Part shown: positions 13,301 through 25,083 of the stretch, piece after piece
How the letters are laid out: each line of letters opens with the position of its first letter
Position numbering within the stretch: the first letter of the stretch is position 1
Source of the DNA: Macrostomum lignano
Lineage: Eukaryota
NCBI GenBank assembly: GCA_002269645.1
Contig: NIVC01002092.1
Location: 145,327 to 209,326, forward strand
DNA: 64,000 nucleotides
Direction of reading: 5' to 3'
The notes under the pieces: generated by a model
Told to the model about the DNA's origin: nothing
The model's input: only the letters and a program-made list of their open reading frames with translations
The model's database searches: none
Program-made: the position numbers and the translations under genes

Positions 13301-14344
13301 AGCATTTTGTATTTTTATGGTATTTTAATAAAAAATCATTTTGCACTACTAAGATTCGAACCTAGGTCACTACATTAGCAGTCTAAGTCTGTTTGCATCT
13401 AGGCTATCTCTTTTCAATTGGAGAACATGAACTGTTGCCCTTATAATTCAATTCTTATAGCAATTCAGTTAGAATAAAAAGTTATAACATAATCAATTTC
13501 TCAATCAGCCAGTATCAGTCTCAATTCAAGTTAGCAATATTGGTTACGCAATGGAAATCAAGTCGTGTGTGTATTTCTTTGGCACTGTTTTAAGTTGTTG
13601 TGATGTAATCTTTATCAGAATTGAAATTCAGTTAGTCAGGTTTTTCTCTAGTATTCTTATAATGCATTTCAAGTCGAAAATATTGCTTGACCTTTGAAAA
13701 AAGCATGTTTTTTTAATATTTAATCCCTTGAAGATTGAGCAATGTCTTAGCCAAGATGCATGTATGCATGTTTGAAGAAAATTGGTTGAGGAGTTTTTTT
13801 TAAAAATCTATTTCACATGTACAGACAACTCATTTTTAGTATATAAGTTTTGATTTTTAGTATATTGGAAAAGGAAGGAAGTTTTGATTCTTAGTATATT
13901 GGAAGGTAAGTACATAGTTTAGATTTTTAGTATATTGGTGGACTAGCTAATTAGAGCTGTCTGCTAGCATCCAGATTTTTTATTATACCCCCCTTAATTG
14001 GTTACACAAGTTAAATAGAGTAATTATCTGGGCAGTGGGGTGCAATGTGTTTTCTTATCAGCTGGCATCAATGCAATCATTAAAATTGGGTGTGAATTCT
14101 CTTGCTGTGCATAGGCTGATAAAATTTGCATTTAAAAAGCTCATTTAAAACAGTTTTTCGAATATTTAATACCTTTAGCAATGAGCTAGAGCTTAATAAA
14201 AATGTATGTACCATCCTGGGCACATTTGACATCTTTTGGTGAAAAGGGGGTGAAAATTGGTTAGGTCATTTGGGAGATAATTGATTGCCCACATACAAGC
14301 AAGCAAGATTTTCATTTTTAGTATATTACTAGCCAATCCCAATC

Positions 14345-16985
14345 CCTGTTGGGGCTTTCCATCCAAACTCCAACCACAGCTTTCCCCATCCACAAAATCC
14401 CCGATGCAAAGAATCCCCTATCCAAAGAACCCCCATCGATAGAATCACCGATCCAAAGAATTCCCCATTCAATGAATCCCCTACTCAAGAAATCCCCGAT
14501 CTACAGAAGCCCCCTATCTAAAGAATCCTCATCCAAAGAATCTCTCATTCACAGAATCCCCATCTAAAGGATCCCTTATCCACAGAATCCAAATATAAAG
14601 AATCGTCCATACATTCCTATCTAAAGAATCCCCCCATCCATTCCTATCCAAAGAATTTCCCCATCCATTCCTACCTAAAGAATCCCCCATCTATCTATAC
14701 CCAAAGAATCCCCCCAATGAATCTCCATCCAAATAATTCACATCATAATCCCCATCTAAATAATCCATAGATCTCCCATCTAAATAATCCTCCATCAAAG
14801 AAATAATTGCCCACAGAATTCCCTCATCTAAAGAACCCCATCTGAATAATCCCCATCCAAAGTATCCAAAGAATCTCCCATCCAAATAATCCCCCTATTA
14901 ATAGAATTCTTGGTCAAAGAATCCCCTCATCTAAAGAACCCCCATCCAAATAACCCCATCTAACGAATCATTCATCTAAAGAATCAACCATTCGAAAAAC
15001 CCTCCATCGAAACAATGCCCTATCAAAAGAATTCCCTTATGAATCACCTATCTAAAGATATCTATTAAAAGCATCCCTCATCCAAAGAATCATCAATCCA
15101 AAGAATTCCCCCCAAGACTTAACATCTCAGCAATTCTCCCAAGCCTCGACACCTCAGACAATTCCCCCAAGCCTTGACATCTTACCAATTTCTCCCTATC
15201 TAAAGCCTTGACATCTCAGCAGTCCTACAAGTAGCCTCTATATCCCAGTTATTCCCTGAGTAAGCCTTTATATCTCAGTAACTCCCCTTGTAAGTCTTGA
15301 CATCTTAGCAATTTCTCCCCATCCAAAGCCTTGACATCTCAGCGATTCCCCCAAAGCCTTGACATCTCAGCGATTCCCCCAAAGCCTTGACATCTCTACA
15401 GTTTCCCATTAAGCCTTGAAATCTCAGCAATTCCCCTCCCCAAGACTTGACATCTTATAAATTTCCCCTTAAGCCTTGACATCTCAGCAATTCCCCCCAC
15501 AAGCCTTGTATCTCAGCAAGTCCCTCTTAAGCCTTCACATCTCATTAATTCCCCTAGGTAAGATTTTATACATATATTTTAATAATTCCTCCTGTAAATC
15601 TTGACATCTTAGAATACTCTTCCGAGCAAGCACCCCCCCAAGAGCAAGCGTCCTTCCAATAGCAAGCATCCCCTGATAGAAAGTACTCCCACCAAGATTA
15701 GTGAAACAATTTCCTCAGCTAGCCAATTCCAACCCCCATTGGGGCTATTTGTCCAAACTTCAACCACAGTTTGTCCACGCAATAAAATTTCACCCAACTG
15801 AATCTCAAATTTAAAGAATCCCCCTTCCAAAGAATCCACCACCCATAGAATCCACAATACAAAGAATCTCACATGCAAAGAATCCGCCATCCAAAAACCT
15901 CCTATCAATAGAATCCCCGATCCAAAGAATTCCCCCTTCAATGAATCCTCCTATCTGAATAATTGCCCATCCATAGAATCTTATATGCAGAGAATCCCTA
16001 TCCAAAGAACCCCCATCAATAGAATCCCCGATCCGAAGAATTCCCCTTCCAATGAATCCCCCATCGACAGAATCCCCTATCCAAAGAATCCCCCCATCCA
16101 TCCCTATCCAAAGAATCCCCCCATCTATCCCTATCCAAAGAATCCCCCCATCCATCCCTATCCAAAGAATCCCCCCATCCATCCCATTCAAAAGAATCCC
16201 CCCATCTATCCCTATCCCCCCATCCATCCCTATCCAAAGAATCCCCCTATCCATCCCTATCCCCCTATCTATCCCTATCCCCCTATCCATCCCTATCCAA
16301 AGAATCCCCCTATCATCCCTATATAAAGAATCACCCCATCCATCCATATCCAAAGAATCCCCGACCTCCATCCATATCCAAAAAATCCCCCTCCAGAGAA
16401 TCCCAATCCAAAGAATCCCCATCTACAAAATCCCGATCAAAATAATGCAAAGATTCACTCATCCAAATAAACCTCCATCAAAAGAATCATTGGCCAGAGT
16501 CCCCTCATCTAAAGAACCCCGTCCAAATAATCCAAAGAATCAGACTCCAAATAATTTCCATCCAAAGAATCCAAAGAATCTCCCATCCAAATAATACCCT
16601 ATCAATAAAATCCTAGGCCAAAGAATCCCCTCATCTAAAGAATCCTCGTCCAAACAATCCCATCAAATCCAAAGGATCCCTTTATCGAAAGATTCCTTCA
16701 TCTAAAGAATCCCCCACATTCAAAGAGCCCTTCATCGAAAGAATCCCCCATCGAAGGAATTTCTCAATGAACCACCTATCTAAAGATATCCATTAGAAGC
16801 AGCCCTCATGGAAAGAATCCCCAATCCATAGAATTCCCCCCAAGACTTGTCATCTCAACAATTCTCCCCAAGCCTTGAGACCTCAGTAATTCTCTCTTAA
16901 GCTTTGACATCTCAGCAATTTGCTCTCAAGACTTGAAATTTCAGGAATTCCCCCGCCAAGACTTGACATCTCATAAATTTTCCTT
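14345..16985. repeat. Alternating blocks of CCAAAGAATCCCC-type repeats ('C', ~14345-15115 and ~15760-16845) and CCTTGACATCTCAGC-type repeats ('D', ~15115-15610 and ~16845-16985, resuming ~18001-18100)
   Basis: Direct inspection. These blocks generate the spurious Pro/Ile- and Gly/Trp-rich ORFs in the track. Confidence 0.85.
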
Positions 16986-17080
16986 AACCACAATGAGACT
17001 GATGGCACAATTTCGTGCCAAGCCAGCAAAACTGCCCCCGACTGATGCCTGGCTTAGACCGGTGGATTAGAGCAGTCAAA

Positions 17081-17997
17081 CCCTTTTCCTGACTAGCCTA
17101 CTATGCCAACACATCCGTTCCCGACGGCTTGGTTCAATATCGTGCCATAGAATTTTTTTAGCTCAAGTTTTTAAGCTCGTATACAAACCCCTTCCAGACT
17201 GAAGCAACTTTTCACGCAGTCTTTGCCAAGTAGATTTTGAGACACAGCCCTAGTGTTCCAGTGTTCCCACCGGTGCAGTCAAACTTGCTTAAGTTCTTTG
17301 TTTAAGTTTTATAGCATTGTATTGCTAGCAGCGTTGTTCTTGGACGAGCGTACGAGTAGTATAAATTACGAGATCATGAGCGCTGAGTCTGATTGGGAGA
17401 CCGACGACGCGACGGAGTCCCCAATAGTTACCGATGACGAGTCTCTGAGCGACTATGAAGAGCTGAATCCAGATGTTGTAATGCTTATGTTCCTGAATCT
17501 TTTGTAAGCTTTTTCTGTATTTTTCAGGATAATATGCATAGCTTATATTATGGTTCGAGGGTTGTTTTTATAGTTGTTATTTCTTTCATTAGTTTCACAC
17601 ACTTTATTGCATTCTTTCGAACTCTCGAACAGTAATACTGTTACAACACCGGTATATCAGGTCCATCAATGCACGTTCACATCAGGTCACATGTTCTTTT
17701 TATCAAATATATACACAATTCCCAATTATGTTCTGCTCTATCTGTTAAAAAAAGATTTTTGTCTTTCAACAAAAGCCATGGCACAAAAACGGTCCATATC
17801 AGTCTGCAATGGCTGTGCTATCTATGCGAAAGGTGGTGCAAACATAAACTAAATAATTGTCAGTCGGGTGCAGTTTTGCTGGCTTGGCATGAAACCGTGC
17901 CATCAGTCTCGTCGTGGAGCGCAAAAATGTCTATGGCACGATTTTGGTCCATCCGTCGGAACGGATATGTTGGCATAGAAGACTAGTCAAGAAAAGG
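17081..17997 (+). mobile_element. Internally deleted, non-autonomous piggyBac-like DNA transposon
   Basis: ~75-85-bp imperfect TIRs starting CCCTTTTC (17081) and ending GAAAAGG (17997), followed by TTAA. The interior has an acidic N-terminal-like piece (MSAESDWETDD...ESLSDYEE) and a Cys-rich tail piece (WLCYLCERWCKH). Confidence 0.6.
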
Positions 17998-20900
17998 TTA
18001 AGCTTTGACATCTCAGCAGTAAGCCTTTATATCGCAGTAATTCCCCAGTAAGTCTGCATATCTGAATAATTCCCCAGTATGTCTTGACATCTTAGCAATC
18101 TCACCTGATCAAGCATGCCCTAAGAGCAAGCATCCTTTTGATAGCAAGCATCCCTTGATAGAAAGTAACCCAAGCAAGATAGTGAAAAAAATTTACTCAG
18201 CTAGTACAATAATTAGTTTCTTATCTAGTGCAATAATCCTTTTCAAAATTCAGAGTTTAATAAAAAAATTGAATATACTACATGAACGCTCATAGCTTCT
18301 TCTCTTTTACCTGATTTACTGGACATTTTTTTAAGTTAAAATTTTTAATAAAAAAACTTTTACTCTCTAAAAATTTGAACCCACGTTGCTGCATTAGCAG
18401 TTCAGTCTGTTCACCTGTAGGCTAACTTATCATTTTGATAACATGAATTGTAGCACATATATAATTCAACACTGAAAACTCCAAGCATAGAGTAGAAATC
18501 ACTTGAAGCAAGTTATGACATAATCAATTTCTCAGGCAGGCAATATCAGTTTCAATTATTAAAGTCAAACATTAAAGTGAACAATATGGTTACACAATCT
18601 AAATTTAAATACAATGGCGCTGGCTTGAATTGGGGAGTTGCGATAAAGTGAAGGTTTGCAATATGGAAGAGCATACAATGTGAATTTTATATAAAGTAAA
18701 ATTCATAGGAATCTTCTTTTTAATGCTATGCTCTTAATTTTTCAAATCTCAGAAAACAAATTATATTCCCGAACTCAGCATTCCTATCTCTTTCCAGCAA
18801 TATAAGGTTCTCTTCTGAAAGTGAAAAACTCAAAGCGCAAACAATGATTGAACATTCCTGCTTTAAAGCATTGAAATTAAAAAGGTGTACATTCAGCGCC
18901 AGCTACAGTGACAGGCCTGCAAGTTGATGCATTGAAATTAACAACCATGCAATGCCTAGGACTAATTGAATGGCAAAACCCTCCCTCCAATTTCAATAAC
19001 TTAAAGGTGTTGCGCAACCTTTCAATGCTTGTAGCTTTCCACATGAGTGTAGAGAACCAATGCTATAGTTGGCACTGAGTTATGATGCAATACAATTCCA
19101 TGGGCAGTCAGAACACTTCTCAATTGGAAAAAACTGTTTGAACTTAAAAAACAGGCAAAAAATTGAGTTTCTCAAATATTTAATCCCAAAAAATGAAGCA
19201 ATTTCTTAGCAAAATTTTGTGTACCAGTGCACCATCAATAAACATCAAATGTAGAAAACCCCACGAAATTTGGACTACGCAAAGTCAAATTAAACGAAGG
19301 TTCCTATAGATATATAGATAAATAGGTAGGTAGGTAGGTAGGTAACTAGATAATTTTGACTTTTAGTATATTGGATAGGATTTTAGTATATTAGAAAGAT
19401 ATGAAAATTATGAATGCAATTAACTCACTTAAAATTTTACTTGTACATTGACTACATGACATAGTTTGGATTATATATAAATGTATGCCAGGTTTAATGC
19501 CAAAAAATGATGAGACCTTAATTATACGCAGGGTTTATGCATCAAAATAAAAAATTTGTCATTTGACACAATGTATATGTTGCCTTCCAAACTAAATCTA
19601 GACTACATGATTGAAACTTCTTATTTTTCAGTTTGATTTTCATACCTCCTAATTTGCCTCATAAGAGGGTATGGGTATAAGATAGGAAGCAGTTAGACTA
19701 AATGTAGACTAGACATATACTAGTTAGTATAACAACATATTTTTTATTTATCAAGATACAAATAAGAAAATTTTAAAATCTAGAAATATTTACTAAAATA
19801 AATAGTAGGCCTAGTAGTAAAAAGTAGTAATATCCATTTAAATAGACAAATATCAAATTGGCTATTTGTCTAGTATAATAATTGGACAAATAATGAAATA
19901 GCTATTTATTTGATAACCAGACAAATAACCACATCACTATTTGTCTGGTCACCATACCAATAACAATTGTATTTTTTTAAATTGATTGACTAGACTTTGG
20001 TTAGGCCTTTAATTAAAAAAAATATTTTTTACTAATTAACTATTAAAATACAAATCAATTTGATGATAGTGTTGTTGTTATTACAGTAATTATAATAAAT
20101 TAAGCAATATTTTTAGCAAAAAAATAAAAAGTAGTTGGGCAGGTATTTACCGTTTCTTCAGCACCACTCAGCTTGCTTGCACTGCTATCTTCACATACAC
20201 AGTACCACAAGCTGACTGAACTGTTTTGTGACATTGACTTCACAAAGTAAAACTATGAAGCGTTAGTTAAGGACAATGATACTCTAGGAATATTCTCCAG
20301 GGCATAATTTATGCAATTTTAACTTCACTCATGGTAGGGCTAATCGTGTCGATTGGTGCTGCTGTCCTGTAACTGTAATGATGTAGTGTAGGCCCCTAAC
20401 TTGGCCTAAGTGCCGGATGTAGCTAAGCTAAGAAAAATGAAAAAATGTGATCGATTCTTAAATAAATTTGATGATAAACTAAAAAGTGAAATTCTTAGAA
20501 AGAACTGAGTAACACTAACTGGAATAGTTATTACTACGTATAATAAAATGGAAAACGGCTGTACTAAATTATTATATTGGATTAATCCGGCACTTGCATA
20601 TCAGTTTCTTTGAAATTAAGGATTCCATGAAAAGGTTTAGTCAGTAAATCAAACTGTAAAGGCTAAAAAGTCATGGTAAAGAAATAGATATTGAAATTAA
20701 ATTACTCAAAACATTAAAGTTTTAGGCAAAGAATACAATCAATTGGCTTCTACAGGCTCAAATATTTTTTTTCTTTTTAGTATAACGCATGGCAGTCCAA
20801 AAATAATAATTTGTACAGTTGTACTGTCCAAACCTCAATTAATGGCCGTAGTATTTATGTTCGTGAATTTTCTAATTTGTTTTGATTCTAATCAGGCTAT

Positions 20901-21875
20901 GTTTGTAAATACTCGTAAGAAAAATCATCCTTACAAGCTGGTGGCAAAACTATAATACGTACACTGTACGTACCAATTGTAGTTTACATGAACACACTGT
21001 ATTAGAAATATAGAAATTGCTTTATGAGAAATATTAGAGCTCCAATTCAGTGTAGCATGGATGCATAGCCAAAAAGATGATAATTATTTTGTGCAAGGAT
21101 AGAAGTAACTCACGGCAATGAAATTAACAAATTTAAGCTGTCAGTCTTTTAAAGTAATGGTACATGTACGTATGCTGGGCCTCCTGGGCCAGGTTGGCGA
21201 AGAAAGGCCACGCCACTGACCGAATCTGAGGCGCCGGCGTCAGCCAGCAGGCAGAAAACGCCAAGTGTACGGCAAGTCCGCGGCGTCGAGCAGATCCTCT
21301 CGGACGCCGGGAACTAGCAGACCAAACTACAAAAACTACAACCTATACATGTACTAAATATAAATTGTCTATAGTTTTAATTGTTATGCGTGGTTCCTAG
21401 CTAGAATGTGGTTGAATTAATGAGAAAACCGGAGGCTGATACCGAAGCAATCGCAGTTTATGTTATAGTTTGCTTTTAAGTAAATAATTATTAGAAAGTT
21501 TTTATTAAATTTTTTATCCGCAATTACATTGTGCCGGTCTCTATATATTGACCACGCTACTACAAGTGCAAGTGCATGAATTAATTCTTTTATTCGCTTC
21601 AGCAAAAATAATACCACGTAAATTTCCAGTTCAAGTGCAGCAGGAGACGCGGAAGGTCAATATAAGAAACGAACAAAAATGAACCCAGCAGGCGCGAAAG
21701 CGCCCTTTAAAAGAATTGTTGCCAAAAATTACTATTTTGCGCTCGGCATGTTAGCAGCGTGTTCATTGTTATATCGTGGAAATCTCCCGCGAAAATTGCG
21801 GGAGGCGCGTGTGGTGGCCAAGGATGATCCACGTTAGTTGGTTTTAAGTAAATCTAACACGCGCTGCACTCACAA

Positions 21876-22753
21876 TCAACAGTCGCCCGTAGGCTTCGGC
21901 TGCCGCAACCCAGCTCTGGCCATCACGCGGCGAGCTACCGACTCTTTCGTGTGACTAAAAATCCGACAGAAGTCCTGCTGGCCGACAAGTCCCTTAGTTG
22001 ACTGGCCGCGCGCAGCCCGTTGGAGCACCTCAACGGCCAGGCAGATGCTCTCCTCAACCGTCTGAGTGACAATCCTGCTCAATGTGGATGTGTGCGTGCT
22101 CAATGATGGGTCCGAATTGAGCTCGAGTAGCCACACGTTGAAATCCGCTCCAATTAAGAAGTCGCAGCCAAACAGCTCAAATGACATTGGCTGATCACAT
22201 AGCGAGCTGCTGGCCAGAGAGACCACGTGAGCCAGGATCGCGCGGATTCGAGGATACAGCTGACGCCGTACCCAGTCAGTGCAGGGCGCCTTGAATCGTT
22301 GGTTGATGTAGTCGTTGAGCTGGTCGGGCGTCCACACCGTGTCTTCCTTAACAGCGTCGTAGGACGGGTCCCGCTGCTGCACGGCCTGATTGGTGAGGTG
22401 CAGCAACGGGTCGTCGCTGTCAGGCCGGTAAGACCGGCAGGCCAGTCGAACGTAGCCGGGGTGGCAGAAGGCGTGCACGCCGCGGCGAATTCCGCTGCGC
22501 AGGTTCGGCACCAGTAGCAGGTAGACTCGCAGGTCGAACTTCCGACCTTCCAGTAGTAGCGGCGGATGCACGTAGCGCTGCATGATCAGATCGCGGTGTG
22601 CGTAGCCAGAGAACTTAGATTCCAGGACTGCAGCCAGGCTGTTCAGCGATTGGCTTCGGCCGGCTTCCAGCGACGGCGAACGGAGCAGTGCGATGCCTTC
22701 ACCGCAGTCGGCGTGACCGGGCTTCATGAGGAACATGCCACCGGGGTTTCGGC
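21876..22753 (-). CDS. TTLL10: TTLL10-like tubulin glycylase, last coding exon (ATP-grasp core)
   Basis: Acceptor atccAG|GC CGA at 22754 (phase 1). Motifs MFLMKP, QRYVHPPLLLEGRKFDLRVY, HLTNQAVQ, KEDTVW...LNDYIN (TTLL10-type) and FELFGCDFLIGADFNVWLLELNSDPSL. TGA at 21878-21876. Confidence 0.88.
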
Positions 22754-23254
22754 CTGGATTTTCGTGTGCTCGATTGTTTATACGGTTTATGATTATTGCT
22801 GTCTTCTGGAGCTGACCGTGGATGCTTACTATACTACGTCAATTAGTCGGGCTCTATGGTTCAAAAATATGTACGAGCAAGTTTGAGGCTCAAAATGTAG
22901 CTTAAAGTATGTTAGTTGTCAAAAGAAATAGTTTGGGTTTCCGAGCGGTGCCAAGAGGGCATTAACTGAACCCTAGAAATCTCTACTGTCCGACCACATC
23001 GACCGCCCAAAGCGATGATGGCAGACACTTTGAGAATCAGCACCGTTTTGACATCCTTAATTTACGCCTAAAAACCAGTCAATTTTTTTGCATTGCCAAT
23101 AAATTCACAGACCAGAGGAAAGAACTGCAATGTGCGGAAAAAAGAGCGAATCAGGGAGCCGTACAAAGAGTGGAACAAAGAGCGGGAGTAAAGAGCAGAA
23201 GCAAAGTCGTAAAGGTGCAATAGGAATTCCCCAAAAAATGATGTAGCCTCTCAC

Positions 23255-23443
23255 GCATGCAGTCCAGAATGCTGAGCGCGTCCGATCCGTTGAGGTGCAC
23301 CGTGTCGGGATAGAAAGTAGCCGCCTGCAGCCCGGTCGGCACCAGGCCGGGGTGGTTAAGCTCGAACTCGCGCAGGAGCCGGGCCAGACTGCACTTGTTG
23401 GCGATGAGGCCGCGAAAATGCAGCCGGTTCACGATGTGGCAGC
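23255..23443 (-). CDS. TTLL10: TTLL10-like, internal exon
   Basis: Acceptor gtcgcAG|GC TGC; donor ATG C|GTGAGA; both phase 1. Reads GCHIVNRLHFRGLIANKCSL...TFYPDTVHL. Confidence 0.82.
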
Positions 23444-23667
23444 CTGCGACGCGCGACAGTGCGGGGCTTACGACGTATGACTATATGGGTTAGCCAGTTT
23501 ACAGGGTGCTTGGAGCGCTGCATGCGGACAAATCAAGAAGCCAGGAAGGAGACAGGCCCATTCCACATATCCCTAGAGCTCGCACACTCCCACGGATACG
23601 TACACAGGCACACGCTCATCATCAGGCCAGTTGGAGGTTGGCCATCATGGATGAGCCACTATTACAA

Positions 23668-24613
23668 ATCAAGGACCACTGTAGTATAACAGGACGTGAA
23701 ACTCAAGGATCGTGTAAATTTTTCCGGGAAAAAATACACTGTAGAAATAGGAAGGAATATTTTTTCATAACGAAATCAATGATTGCATTCGATCTGGGGC
23801 AGTGAAGATTAGCATTCTTTTAATTTAGCATGCAAAGCATGTTGGGGGCTCGCAAATATCTTGCTAGAAATAGGGAGTTGTAGTCTAGTGGTCAGAGCGT
23901 CGGTCTCACGACTTGGAAGTCGGGGGTTCGATTCCCGATCCCACTAGAACAATTTGTGTCCTTGAGCAAGACACTTAACTCTGCATTGCTTCAGTTCACC
24001 CAGTTGTAAAATGGGTGTCAGCATTAGCTGGGGTGTTTGAGGCTGTGTGGCGACCCCCCAGTCCTTGGACTGAACAGCCGTACGCAGCTTTCAGATGCGC
24101 CGCGCAATAGCTGCGGCTGAGCTGTCGGCTGCACATCTGGCCCAATTGGGGCAGGTGTAATAAAAAATATGTTGTATATATAATGTGTCATTTTGAACTT
24201 TTTCTCTTTTTGTTTAGTAAGCCCAAAGTTTAAGTGTTCAGAAATGCATGACATTAGCTGAACGCGTTTTGTTTCTTCTTGAATAAAGTATGTGTTATAA
24301 AAATTTTGCATGCAGGTACTCTTAGTAGCTTTTAGACAGTTCTAGGAATTATGCTAGGCTAGGATAGACGAGAAAACAATATGAAAGTTAAACTTTCACT
24401 ACACAACCATATGTTGTAAAATACAACCGAGTAACATGCAGTGAATGCTAAATTGAAAGAATGGTAATCTTCATTGCCCCAGGTCAAATGCAATCATTGA
24501 TTTTGTCCTAAGTTTTCTCCTATCTCCGCAGTGTATTTTTCAGGAAATTGACCTCCAAAAAAATCACACGACCTTAGAGTTTTACCTCCTGTTATACTAT
24601 TATGGTCCTTGAT
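23668..24613. repeat. Diverged ~165-bp inverted repeat pair (23668-23831 and 24445-24613) bracketing the SINE
   Basis: ATCAAGGACCA...TAGTATAACAGGA...AAATCAATGATTGCATT...TGGGGCA.TGAAGATTA.CATTCTTT.AATTTAGCAT is matched in reverse complement. Confidence 0.75.
23873..24166 (+). mobile_element. tRNA-derived SINE with a CORE (MIR-like) central domain, antisense within a TTLL10 intron
   Basis: A-box TAGTCTAGTGG (23881) and B-box GGTTCGATTCC (23925). Then TGTGTCCTTGAGCAAGACACTTAACTCT...CTTCAGTT...TGTAAAATGGG (23955-24015), which follows the MIR CORE pattern. A-rich end near 24166; the 3' boundary is approximate. Confidence 0.72.
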
Positions 24614-24896
24614 GTTGATATCAATTCTACTGATACTACTGAACACTACAGAATATGATCTCATAGTTTGTTGTTGAGGTAGTCTTTTACAGTATACTTT
24701 TGTTTATTTGATATTTCCCTTAAAACCTGTTAAACAGATGTAAAAACTTTAACCTGTCTGCAAAAAGTATTTTTTTAACTGTCAATCAGTAAGCTAGTAC
24801 GAAGTGTCCTTTAAAGGCATGTTAAAATGTAAAAGGCATGTATACACCAATTGCATGACTTTTAAGCCCCGTCAGCAAGCGGCACATTAATCTTAC

Positions 24897-25036
24897 CCCG
24901 GCCACTCTTCCGCTTGGCTCCTGAGTTGGTTCCGTTGCACCAGAGAAGAGCCATTTTATCCACGGGTCTGAATTCGTTCGTGTCGGCCTCTGGCTGGCGC
25001 TCATTGAACCCCATTGCGTTTAACATCTTCCTACAG
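24897..25036 (-). CDS. TTLL10: TTLL10-like, internal exon
   Basis: Acceptor cccAG|C (25036; alternative tAG|G at 25030), phase 2; donor CGG G|GTAAGA, phase 1. Reads CRKMLNAMGFNERQ...KMALLWCNG...SGRG, comparable to the GW...LKWC...G segment of TTLL10. Confidence 0.7.
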
Positions 25037-25083
25037 CTGGGTGTGTTGGGGGTCAGGCAATCTTCCTTAATTCTTTCTTCCTG

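Noticed and set aside
15609-16594. Pro-rich (PIHPYPK) and Gly/Trp-rich ORFs resembling extensin or adhesive proteins
   Set aside because: They lie within degenerate satellite C, have no signal peptide or splice support, and are open in several frames on both strands.
23444-23471. 28-nt mini-intron in TTLL10 (GTAAGC...CGCAG)
   Set aside because: The exon at 24897-25036 supplies the expected LLWC...G segment in the right phase, and the sequence upstream of this donor shows no TTLL similarity.
23873-23944. Functional tRNA gene (Val-CAC-like)
   Set aside because: The acceptor and anticodon stems pair poorly, and the sequence runs directly into a SINE CORE domain.
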